Virus genome (UHGV): UHGV-1361255 | DNA length: 55,716 nt | From: a virus | Strand: one strand, 5' to 3' | In this document: in pieces, positions 8,967 to 18,600 of the stretch | How the letters are laid out: every line of letters begins with the position of its first letter | Numbering within the stretch: position 1 is the stretch's first letter | The notes under the pieces: generated by a model | What the model was told of the DNA's origin: nothing | The model's database searches: none | The model's input: the letters and a program-made list of their open reading frames with translations, nothing else | Translations under genes and position numbers: made by a program

Positions 8967-11900
8967 TGGCAGACGTCGCATCTTTAGCGGTCGGGCTGCA
9001 CCTGAACGCAGCCAGTTTTAAATCCCAGCTGCTGGGAGCGTATGGCGATGCGGAGAACCAGTCACGACGGTTCAACCGTAATGCTCAGGCGGACGCGAAA
9101 AAGACGGAGGACGCCTATAAAAAGGTCGGTCTGTCGATATCCGGGATGGCCAGCCGGCTGGCGGGGCTGGCAGGAGCCGGCCTTTCCATCGGTACGATCG
9201 TCACCACGTCCAGACAATATGGACAGGCGTTATCAGATCTGCAGGCCATCACCGGTGCGACTGCTGCTGAAATGAAAGCGCTGGATCTGGCTGCGCAGGA
9301 AATGGGACGCACGACAGAGTACAGCGCCAGCCAGGCCGCCGAGGCGCTAAAGCTGATGGCGTCGGCTAAACCGGAGCTTTTAAAAACGTCCGATGGGCTG
9401 CAGAAGGCGACGAACAGCGCGCTTATCCTGGCGCAGGCCGCCGGCACAACGTTGCCCGATGCGACCAGAACGCTGGCGCTCTCCTTAAACCAGTACGGGG
9501 CGAGCGCGCAGGAGGCGGATCGTTATATCAACGTGCTGGCCGCCGGCGCGAAGTACGGGTCGTCGGAGATTGTTGATACGGCGGCTGCCATTAAAAATGG
9601 TGGCGTCGCAGCCGCACAGGCCGGCGTTGGTTTTGAGCAGCTGAATGCCGCGATTCAGGTGCTGGCAGAGCGTGAAATTAAAGGCGGTGAAGCCGGCACC
9701 GCGCTGCGTAACGTCATCCTGAATCTGGAAAAGGGCACGGACAAGAGCCTCAAGCCGTCCGTGGTTGGTCTCAGCCAGGCGCTGACTAACCTATCTGGTA
9801 AAAATCTGTCTACGGCTCAGGCAGTCAAGCTGTTTGGGGTGGAGAACCTGAATGCGGCGTCTATCCTGGTCCAGAACCGTTCAAAGCTTGATGAGCTGAC
9901 CGCTTCCCTGACCGGTACCAAAACAGCGCATGAGCAGGCATCCATCAGGGTTAACAACCTGAACGGCGACCTTATGGGGTTGACCAGTGCATTTGAGGGG
10001 ATGATCACTAAGGTCGGAAAAAGCAGCGATGGCGCGTTGCGTGGCGGTATTAATGGGGCGACAGAGGCCATTAACGGACTGGCTGATAATTTCAGTGTCG
10101 TTTCAGATATCGCGCTGTACACGTTGATCCCGATTTTATCCTCAAAACTAACATCTGCACTGTCGGCATCAACCGCTGGTTTACGTGAAAATGTAAGCCT
10201 CTGGAATCAGAACCGGATCGCTATAAAGTCAAAGGCTCAGTCTGATGCCGAGAATGCCCGGCGAACACTGGAATCAACAGCCGCCACTTTAAAACGAAAT
10301 GATGCAGAATTTGGTTACTACCGTCAGATGGAGCGGACAGCCAAACTGCATGGGCTGAACGTCAGTTACCAGAGCGAATTTATCCGGCTTATCCGACAGG
10401 AAACCGAGCAAACGAACCTGGCCAGCCAGGCGAAGCTGAAGCTGGCATCAGCAAACCGCCAGCTCGCTATCTCTACTCGTGCAATGTCCATTGCCGCGGG
10501 CCTGGGGCGGGGGGCGCTTTCTCTCCTTGGGGGGCCTCTGGGGGTTGCAACTCTGGCTGCCACGGCCATTTACGAGTTTAACCAGAGCAACAAGGTGGCA
10601 AGGCAATCGGCGCTGGATCTGAAGGACGCAGTTGTACAGACAACAGCAGAACTGCTGCGAATGTCTCAGGCCAAAATCGCCGTCAAAGTTGACGATTATC
10701 AGGAGCAACTGGAGGGAATTAACAAAGAGCGGGAGAAGGTCAAAAATGAGTTAACCCGTTACAGTGACACGCGCCTCAACCTGGCAAAAAGCAGAGAAGA
10801 TGGAGCCCTCAGTTTTCTGTTTCCATCGGCGAACAGCCTTCAGAAAGAAAAAAATCAGTTGCTCGGTCAGCTGGAAGACCTGAATTCGGCAGCGGAAAGG
10901 ACTCAGCAAAACCTTATTAATGCCCGGATTGCCGCGACGGGTAAAACCTTCGCCATCGATACATTTTTACCACCTGAGCAGCCGGGTAATACTGGCCCAA
11001 CTGGAGATGATAATAACAATAATCCGTGGACCGGTGATGGTGGGGAGGGGAAAAAGAACAAGGAAAAGGTTGACCAGTTCAAGCAACTGAGGCAGCAAAT
11101 TGAAGAGGCGCATGCGTCCAGTCTGGGTCGTATCAATCTTCAGGAGGTGGAAAGTAATCGCCAGTTGCAGGATGCGGCGAAAAAGTACGGTGCCAGTGAT
11201 GCTGACCTGCAGAGGGTACTGTTACTGAATGCGGAGAACTACCAGAAGCAGAGACTGGATCTGGCGGCGCAGTATTCGCCGGTGAAGGAAACCCTCCTGA
11301 AAGAGCAGGAAGGCAGCCGGGAACTGGAGTCGATTTTTAAGGCTCGCCTGCTGACGGAACAAGAGTACCAGACTGCCCGAATCACTCTGGCCAGGGATAC
11401 AGCCAAAGAGCTGCTGCAGGCGCAGGCTGACGAAATAGCTGCTCCTAAACTGGATATCGCCGGTGAAGTCGATCCCCTCGTCTCCCTGCGCAATCAGCTG
11501 GCGCAACGTCAGTCGTTGCTGCAGGCGTATTACACCGGTAATGCCATCAGCAAGGATCAGTACGAAATGCTGATGCAGAAGGCGACGAAAGAGTCGGCAG
11601 ATGCGCAGTATCAGACTTCGCTGGAGTTGTACCGGTCACAGGGGGAGATGCAGAGCCTGGCCGTCGGGTTATTTGAAACGGCCCATGAGCGCTCAAGCAA
11701 CTTCCTGACGAGCATGCTGACGCGGACGAGAAGCTTTAAGGAGAACATGGCTGACCTGTTTTCCTCGCTCACACAGTCAATCATAAAAAACCTCGTTGAT
11801 ATGGCCGCACAGGCGCTGGTCACCAGTTCTGTCATGCAAACCATCATGGGTGTGGTGGGAGCTGGAGTGAGTATTGCAGGTGGTGTTTCTGGAGCGGCTG

Positions 11901-12346
11901 ATGTCGGCGCAGGAACTGCGATTCAGAATGCGGGTAATAACTTTAACTTTCAAATACCGGGTTATGCCAAAGGCGGTGTCTTCGATTCTCCTTCATTAAG
12001 TGCCTACAGCAACCAGGTCTACGACTCTCCGCAGTTCTTCGCTTTCGCAAAAGGGGCCGGCGTATTTGGCGAGGCCGGGCCGGAGGCCATCATGCCGCTG
12101 ACGCGTGCCGGTGATGGTTCGCTGGGTGTACGCGCGGTGGGTGGTGGTCAGAACGCCGGCGCGTCGGAAGGGCCAAAAGTCTATATCACGATTGAAGGCG
12201 GAAACACCTCAACGCAGGCGCCGTCTGGTTTTGAGCAGTTTGGCCAGCAGATTGGCTCGTTTGTGGAGAAAAAATACAGGGAGCTGATGGCGCAGGATAT
12301 GCGCCCTGGCGGGATGGTCTGGAATGCAGTTAAAGGGCAACGTTGA
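8966..12346 (+). CDS. tail tape measure protein
   Basis: 1126 aa, long alpha-helical and coiled regions, Gly-rich C-terminal part; sits between G-T and the M/L/K/I genes. Confidence 0.85.
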   Translation: MADVASLAVGLHLNAASFKSQLLGAYGDAENQSRRFNRNAQADAKKTEDAYKKVGLSISGMASRLAGLAGAGLSIGTIVTTSRQYGQALSDLQAITGATAAEMKALDLAAQEMGRTTEYSASQAAEALKLMASAKPELLKTSDGLQKATNSALILAQAAGTTLPDATRTLALSLNQYGASAQEADRYINVLAAGAKYGSSEIVDTAAAIKNGGVAAAQAGVGFEQLNAAIQVLAEREIKGGEAGTALRNVILNLEKGTDKSLKPSVVGLSQALTNLSGKNLSTAQAVKLFGVENLNAASILVQNRSKLDELTASLTGTKTAHEQASIRVNNLNGDLMGLTSAFEGMITKVGKSSDGALRGGINGATEAINGLADNFSVVSDIALYTLIPILSSKLTSALSASTAGLRENVSLWNQNRIAIKSKAQSDAENARRTLESTAATLKRNDAEFGYYRQMERTAKLHGLNVSYQSEFIRLIRQETEQTNLASQAKLKLASANRQLAISTRAMSIAAGLGRGALSLLGGPLGVATLAATAIYEFNQSNKVARQSALDLKDAVVQTTAELLRMSQAKIAVKVDDYQEQLEGINKEREKVKNELTRYSDTRLNLAKSREDGALSFLFPSANSLQKEKNQLLGQLEDLNSAAERTQQNLINARIAATGKTFAIDTFLPPEQPGNTGPTGDDNNNNPWTGDGGEGKKNKEKVDQFKQLRQQIEEAHASSLGRINLQEVESNRQLQDAAKKYGASDADLQRVLLLNAENYQKQRLDLAAQYSPVKETLLKEQEGSRELESIFKARLLTEQEYQTARITLARDTAKELLQAQADEIAAPKLDIAGEVDPLVSLRNQLAQRQSLLQAYYTGNAISKDQYEMLMQKATKESADAQYQTSLELYRSQGEMQSLAVGLFETAHERSSNFLTSMLTRTRSFKENMADLFSSLTQSIIKNLVDMAAQALVTSSVMQTIMGVVGAGVSIAGGVSGAADVGAGTAIQNAGNNFNFQIPGYAKGGVFDSPSLSAYSNQVYDSPQFFAFAKGAGVFGEAGPEAIMPLTRAGDGSLGVRAVGGGQNAGASEGPKVYITIEGGNTSTQAPSGFEQFGQQIGSFVEKKYRELMAQDMRPGGMVWNAVKGQR

Positions 12347-12684
12347 TGGCTATTGAGATATTCACCTGGAGTCCGCGGGTTAATCCCCAGCAGACCGTTA
12401 ACTTTCGTGTCCGGAAGGCGCAGTTCGGTGACGGGTATGCGCAGGTATCCGGCGATGGTATTAACACCCGATCACAGGATTGGGAGCTGAGTTTTGTCGG
12501 TACGGAGGACTATATCCGTCCGATTAAGCAGTTCTTCGACCGTCATGCCGGCACCCGCGCGTTTCAGTGGACCCCGCCTCTGGAAGAGGTGGGGCTTTAC
12601 CGCTGCGAACAATATAAACCGGTGCCGCTGGGCGGCGGAAATTACTCACTTTCAGCCACTTTTATTCAGGCATTTAAACCATGA
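12343..12684 (+). CDS. minor tail protein M-like
   Basis: 113 aa, position and size of lambda gpM. Confidence 0.55.
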   Translation: MMAIEIFTWSPRVNPQQTVNFRVRKAQFGDGYAQVSGDGINTRSQDWELSFVGTEDYIRPIKQFFDRHAGTRAFQWTPPLEEVGLYRCEQYKPVPLGGGNYSLSATFIQAFKP

Positions 12685-13436
12685 GCCTTAACGCGAATTA
12701 TCAGAAGTTAGAGCCAGGCGATGAGGTTCGTCTCCTGGAGATCGATGGCCAGGCGTTTGGCCTGGACGAGGTTTTGTATTTCCACGGCTATAACGTCCCC
12801 CATACTGCAGCCGAAATCCTCGCCGCTGACGGCGACCTGGATAAGCTGCCTGCGAAAAGCATCTGGTGGCAGGGGCGGGAGTATAAAGCCTGGCCATGTG
12901 TAATCGAAGGGATCGAGTCATCCACCACTGGCAGCGACGCGCAGCCAACGCTGCGGGTAGGGAACATCGACGGGAAAATATCCGCGCTCTGTCTTCATTA
13001 CGACGATCTGGCTCTGGCGCGGGTTGTCATCCACGACACGCAAAAACAGTATCTCGATGCGAAGAACTTTCCGGACGGGAATGCCTCAGCTGATCCGACG
13101 CAGGAGAAACGGCGCCTTTTCTTCATTGACGTAAAGCATTATGAAGACGATGAGAAGGTGGAATTTACTCTCTCCAGCCCGTTTGCCCTGCAGGGGATGA
13201 TGATCCCCACTCGCCAGCTGCATGCGATTTGCACCTGGTGTATCCGCAATCAATACCGCAGCGGTAACGGGTGCGACTATGCCGGCACCCGGTATTTTGA
13301 CAGGAACAATCAGCCAGTTGATGACCCGTCGCAGGATGTCTGCAACGGAACGCTCACGGCCTGCAAATTACGTCATGGTGAGAATAGCGAACTGCCGTTT
13401 GGCGGGTTCCCCGGCACCTCATTAATCAGGAGCTGA
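12681..13436 (+). CDS. minor tail protein L-like
   Basis: 251 aa with a C-terminal Cys cluster (CTWC...C...C) like the Fe-S region of lambda gpL. Confidence 0.7.
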   Translation: MSLNANYQKLEPGDEVRLLEIDGQAFGLDEVLYFHGYNVPHTAAEILAADGDLDKLPAKSIWWQGREYKAWPCVIEGIESSTTGSDAQPTLRVGNIDGKISALCLHYDDLALARVVIHDTQKQYLDAKNFPDGNASADPTQEKRRLFFIDVKHYEDDEKVEFTLSSPFALQGMMIPTRQLHAICTWCIRNQYRSGNGCDYAGTRYFDRNNQPVDDPSQDVCNGTLTACKLRHGENSELPFGGFPGTSLIRS

Positions 13437-13437
13437 T

Positions 13438-14148
13438 ATGCGTCAGAAAACGATTAAGGCCATCCAGGAACATGCGGCCGCAGAATATCCGCGCGAGGCC
13501 TGCGGCCTCGTCGCCCAGAGGGGCCGAGCGGAGCGTTATTTCCCCTGCCGGAACCTGGCCACAGAGTCGAAAGATAATTTTGTGCTGGCGCCGGAGGATT
13601 ATGCGGAGGTTGAGGAATGGGGAACGATCACCGGTATTGTTCACAGCCATCCTGATGCCACCACCCAGCCGAGCGAACTGGATAAAGCGCAATGCGACGC
13701 GACCCTTCTCCCCTGGCATATTATCAGCTGGCCAGAAGGCGATCTCCGTACCATCCACCCGCGTGGTGAGTTGCCGCTCCTCGAGCGACCATTCGTGCTG
13801 GGCCACTACGATTGCTGGGGCCTGGTGATGAGCTATTTTCGGCAAACCCACGGCATCGAGCTGCACGATTACCGCGTCGATTATCCGTGGTGGGAAAAGG
13901 AGTATCCGGACAATTTTTATCAGGACTGCTGGTATGAATGCGGGTTCCGTGAGTTTGATGGTCCACCACAACCGGGTGATATGGTGATCATGCAGGTGCA
14001 GGCGGATAAGTGGAACCACGCCGGGATTCTGCTGGAAGAAAATATGCTCCTGCATCATCTGTATGGCCATCTCAGCAATCGCGTGCCGTATGGTGGATAC
14101 TGGATGGAAAGGACGATGAAAATCGTGCGACATCATTCACTATTTTAA
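13438..14148 (+). CDS. tail assembly protein K-like (MPN/JAB plus NlpC/P60 domains)
   Basis: 236 aa; HSHP metalloprotease-like motif and C/H residues typical of lambda gpK. Confidence 0.7.
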   Translation: MRQKTIKAIQEHAAAEYPREACGLVAQRGRAERYFPCRNLATESKDNFVLAPEDYAEVEEWGTITGIVHSHPDATTQPSELDKAQCDATLLPWHIISWPEGDLRTIHPRGELPLLERPFVLGHYDCWGLVMSYFRQTHGIELHDYRVDYPWWEKEYPDNFYQDCWYECGFREFDGPPQPGDMVIMQVQADKWNHAGILLEENMLLHHLYGHLSNRVPYGGYWMERTMKIVRHHSLF

Positions 14149-14194
14149 GGTGCCTGTATATTATGCTCCTAATTCAATTTACAGGAGCATGCGA

Positions 14195-15022
14195 ATGAAT
14201 GAGCCAATCACTGAGCAGTTATACAATAAAGTTGTAAATTTCGTTAATAAAATGGATGGGAGTGTGCGCTTTGATTATATTTCTAAGTCCTTGCGCATTC
14301 CTCCTGACACTCTTGATGAAATTGTGGACAGGATGATTGCTGATGGAGTCGTTGTTAATACAGGAACGGTAGGTGAATATTTACCAGTAAAACACGCATC
14401 TTCCAAAAATACTGATAAAGATAATCGATGCTGTACATCTCAAAAAAACAATGATAGTAGTGGACTAAAATTTATTGTTGGGAGAGTAGCATTAGTTATA
14501 GCCATAATATTTTTTATTATAACCTGCTTTTATGCTTACAGAGCACCGATATCATTTGTTTTTCTAATCCCAGCCATAATGGCTGCATTTGTTTTTACAA
14601 ACCAAAATCATGGTGGAGAAGGTTTCCTAGGGTTGAGTTCAATCTCTGCATGTTTAATCTTTTTGCTCCTTACTAATGCGCAGACACCAATATTTGGAGA
14701 AGCATATGAATTAAGAAAGCAGAGGGATGAAATTAAAAATGAAGTTACTAGGAAATCAAAGGAAGAAGATCAGCAACAGCTAAATGATATCCTTAACGCC
14801 AGAGAGCATATAAAAGGGATGCTAAAAGACCCCTCCTCAGCTAAATTTTCTGGTGAATTCATTGGGAAAAATGGTGCTATCTGTGGCCATGTCAACGCTA
14901 AAAATAGTTTTGGTGGTTACACTGGGGAGTCTCGTTACATATTTTCTGTCAATTTTTCTGCAATAGATGAAGGCACCACCTCCTTTAATAAGGAGTGGGA
15001 GAGACAGTGTTATCTTAATTGA
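14195..15022 (+). CDS. AT-rich moron: winged-helix N-domain plus 2-3 TM helices plus small C-terminal domain
   Basis: marked drop in GC relative to the flanking tail genes; inserted exactly between K and I, which are adjacent in lambda-like tails; AGGAG RBS at 14183-14187 with ATG at 14195. Confidence 0.5.
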   Translation: MNEPITEQLYNKVVNFVNKMDGSVRFDYISKSLRIPPDTLDEIVDRMIADGVVVNTGTVGEYLPVKHASSKNTDKDNRCCTSQKNNDSSGLKFIVGRVALVIAIIFFIITCFYAYRAPISFVFLIPAIMAAFVFTNQNHGGEGFLGLSSISACLIFLLLTNAQTPIFGEAYELRKQRDEIKNEVTRKSKEEDQQQLNDILNAREHIKGMLKDPSSAKFSGEFIGKNGAICGHVNAKNSFGGYTGESRYIFSVNFSAIDEGTTSFNKEWERQCYLN

Positions 15023-15038
15023 ATGGCAAGGATAAAGC

Positions 15039-15632
15039 ATGCAAGAAACCATGACGAGAATAGAACTGTCTGGAGTCCTGGGTAAAACCTTTGGGAAGGT
15101 TCATTATCGTTTAATAAAGAACATCAATGAAGCCGGAGAGGCATTATCTGCGACGATCCCTGGATTTGAAAGGTTCATGATATCCAGTGAGGAGCGTGGA
15201 TTGACCTATGCAGTATTTAAAGGGAATAAGAATATCGGGCATGATGATTTAGGATTCCCTGTAAGTGGCGAAATTATCCGCATAGTCCCTGTTATCATTG
15301 GCAGTAAGAAGGCAGGAATTCTCCAAACAATCCTAGGTGCAGTTATTGTTGCGGCAAGTGTTGCCTATGGTTTTTTCACAGAGGATTGGGCTAATGCCGC
15401 GTATGGTATTCAAGCTGGCGGCGCCATGATGCTCGGCGGCGTCGTTCAGATGCTCTCCCCACAGCCAGCTGGCCTGGCACGAAAAGAATCCGCTGACAAT
15501 AAAGCGTCCTACGCCTTTGGGGGCGTGACGAACACTGCCTCTCAGGGATACCCGGTCCCTTTGCTTTATGGCAAACGGCGAATTGGCGGCGCCATTATAT
15601 CTGCCGGTATTTACGTAGAAGACCAGCAATAA
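15039..15632 (+). CDS. tail assembly protein I-like
   Basis: 197 aa, hydrophobic and Gly-rich C-half, in the lambda gpI position before J. Confidence 0.7.
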   Translation: MQETMTRIELSGVLGKTFGKVHYRLIKNINEAGEALSATIPGFERFMISSEERGLTYAVFKGNKNIGHDDLGFPVSGEIIRIVPVIIGSKKAGILQTILGAVIVAASVAYGFFTEDWANAAYGIQAGGAMMLGGVVQMLSPQPAGLARKESADNKASYAFGGVTNTASQGYPVPLLYGKRRIGGAIISAGIYVEDQQ

Positions 15633-15658
15633 GTTTTATTCAGTAAACCATCCAATTC

Positions 15659-15684
15659 AGGCCACCTTGCGGTGGCTTTTTTTA
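15659..15684 (+). terminator. intrinsic terminator between I and J
   Basis: ggccacc-ttgc-ggtggc stem followed by T7. Confidence 0.55.
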
Positions 15685-15694
15685 TGGGCGTAAT

Positions 15695-18600
15695 ATGGCA
15701 AATAACATAATTAAAGGGCGCAAGGGTGGCGGCTCAAAGCAGCGTACACCGACGGAACAGCCGGATGATTTACAGTCCGTTGCAAAAGCCAAAATTCTGC
15801 TCGCATTAGGTGAGGGTGAATTTGCAGGTGGTTTAACCGGGAAAGATATTTATCTTGATGGCACCCCGCTTGAAAATGCTGATGGTTCGCAAAACTTCAG
15901 TGGCGTGTCCTGGGAATTTCGCCCCGGCACGCAGGCTCAGACTTATATTCAGGGTATTCCCGGTACTGAAAATGAAATCAGTGTAGGAACGGAAGTTTCC
16001 AGCAAGACAGCCTGGACCCATACCTTTACTAATACCCAGCTTTCTGCCGTTCGTGTCCGCCTGAAATGGCCGTCCCTGATGAAACAGGAAGATGACGGCG
16101 ACGTGGTGGGCAATACCGTCAAGTATGCGATTGACCTGCAGACCGACGGCGGCGCCTGGCAGACGGTGCTGGAAACCGCTGTCACGGGTAAAACCACCTC
16201 CGGTTATGAGCGGAGCCATCGTATTGATCTGCCCCAGGCCGGCAGTACCTGGACGCTACGCCTGCGTAAAATCTCTCCGGATGCAAACAGTGTCAAAGTT
16301 GGCGACGTGATGACGCTGCAGAGCTATACCGAAGTGATTGACGCGAAGCTGCGTTATCCCAACACCGCGCTGCTTTATATCGAGTTCGACTCCAGCCAGT
16401 TTAATGGCTCCATTCCGCAAATTTCCTGTGAGCCGCGTGGGCGCGTGATTCGTGTGCCGGATAACTACAATCCGGAAACCCGCGAATATACCGGCGTCTG
16501 GACCGGCGGGTTTAAATGGGCCTGGACGGATAACCCGGCCTGGATCTATTACGACATTGTTACAGCTGACCGTTTTGGTCTCGGTAATCGTCTGAGCAGC
16601 GCCAATATTTCGAAATGGACGCTGTACCAGATTGCACAGTACTGCGATCAGCTGGTTCCTGACGGGCGCGGTGGTGACGGCATGGAGCCGCGCTATACCT
16701 GTAACGTCTACGTCCAGGAACGCAACGATGCTTACACCGTACTGCGAGACTTTGCCGCCATTTTCCGGGGCATGACTTGCTGGAACGGTGAGCAGATTGT
16801 TGTGCAGGCTGATATGCCGCGTGATGTCGATTTTACCTATACGCGCGCCAATATTGTCGGCAAACCCCGTTATTCGAGCAGCAGCAGCCAGGTTCGGTAC
16901 ACCAACGCCCTGGTTTCCTGGTCTGATCCGGATAATGCTTATGCTGATGCAATGGAGCCGGCGTTTATCCCGGAACTGGTTTCCCGCTACAGTTTTAACC
17001 AGCTCGAAATGACCGCGATTGGCTGTACGCGCCAGAGCGAAGCCCACCGTAAGGGGCTGTGGGGCATACTGACCAACAACAAAGACCGGGTCGTTGAGTT
17101 TGATGTGGGGCTGGACGGTCGCATTCCTCAACCCGGTTATATCATTGCCCTGGCGGATGAGTTGCTGGCCGGACGGGTCAACGGCGGGCGGATCAGCGCG
17201 GTGAATGGCCGGGTGATTACGCTGGATCGTGATGTGGATGCCAAACCTGGCGACCGCCTCCAGCTAAACCTGCCATCCGGGATCTCACAGAGCCGGACCA
17301 TCCAGGCCGTTAACGGACGCCGGCAGATTACGGTCACAACGGCGTACAGTGAGACGCCAGAACGGGAATGCGTCTGGGCCGTAGAATCTAATGACCTCTT
17401 TCTGCAGCAGTACCGGGTCACAGGGGTAAAAGAGAACGGCGATGCCACCCTCACGATCACCGGCGTGTCACATGACCCGGATAAATTCGCCCGCATCGAT
17501 ACCGGCGCGATTATCGATCAGCGCCCGGTTAGCGTATTGCCGGCGGGCAACCAGTCACCTCCTGACGATATTGTCATCACATCCCGCTCGGTCGTGAATC
17601 AGGGGATCAGCGTCGAAACGATGCAGGTTAACTGGTCAGCGGTCAGCGGCGCTATTGCCTACGAGGCGCAGTGGCGCCGTAACGACGGGAACTGGATTAA
17701 TGTTCCGCGCAGCTCGACCACCTCGTTTGAGGTCAGCGGCATTTATGCCGGTCGTTACCTGGTTCGCGTCCGTGCGATCAATGCGGCGGAGATCTCGAGC
17801 GGCTGGGCGTATTCCGAAGAGAAAACCCTGACCGGCAAGGTCGGCGAGCCGCTGGCACCGCTGGCGCTGGCAACCCGTTCGCTGGTTCATGGGGTCCAGG
17901 TTAGCTGGGAGTTCCCGACCGGCTCCGGGGATACGCTGCGCACGGAACTGCAGTACAGCAAAAACCAGGACGGCAGTGCGCCAATGCCGTTATCAGACGT
18001 AGCCTATCCGGGGAAAAGCTATCAGCAGATGGGCCTCAGTATGGGCGCAGAATTCTGGTATCGGGCGCGCCTTGTGGATCGTCTTGGCAATGAAAGCCCG
18101 TGGACCGGCTGGGTCCAGGGGATGGCCAGCGATAACTTTGATGACTACTACGAAAACCTGACCGACGCGATCAAGGATACGGCTGCCTGGGAGGAAACGC
18201 AGCGCACCATTAGCGAAACACAGGAAGGTATCCGCAATACGCAGCAGGAACTGGAGCAGACCGCTGAAGCTCTGCGTAAGGAAGCCGAAGACCAGGCGAA
18301 GCAGGTCAGCCAGGATATTGATGCATCGGCGAAAAGCATCACTGCTGATGTTGACGGGAAGATCTCCGCCGTGAATAAAACCATCACGGATGAGATTACC
18401 TCGGTCAATGAGGCTCTCGATTCTGGTCTGGCTCAGGCAAACAAAGGCGTTCAGGAGGCAAAATCCGCCGTCGCAGATGCGAACAAGCAGATCGCAACTG
18501 TGAACAAGTCGCTGACCGACAGCATCACCCAGGTAAGACAGTCAGTCACCGATACGGCTGCGGAAATCAACGCCACCATCGACCTGGAGATTGCCAGGGT

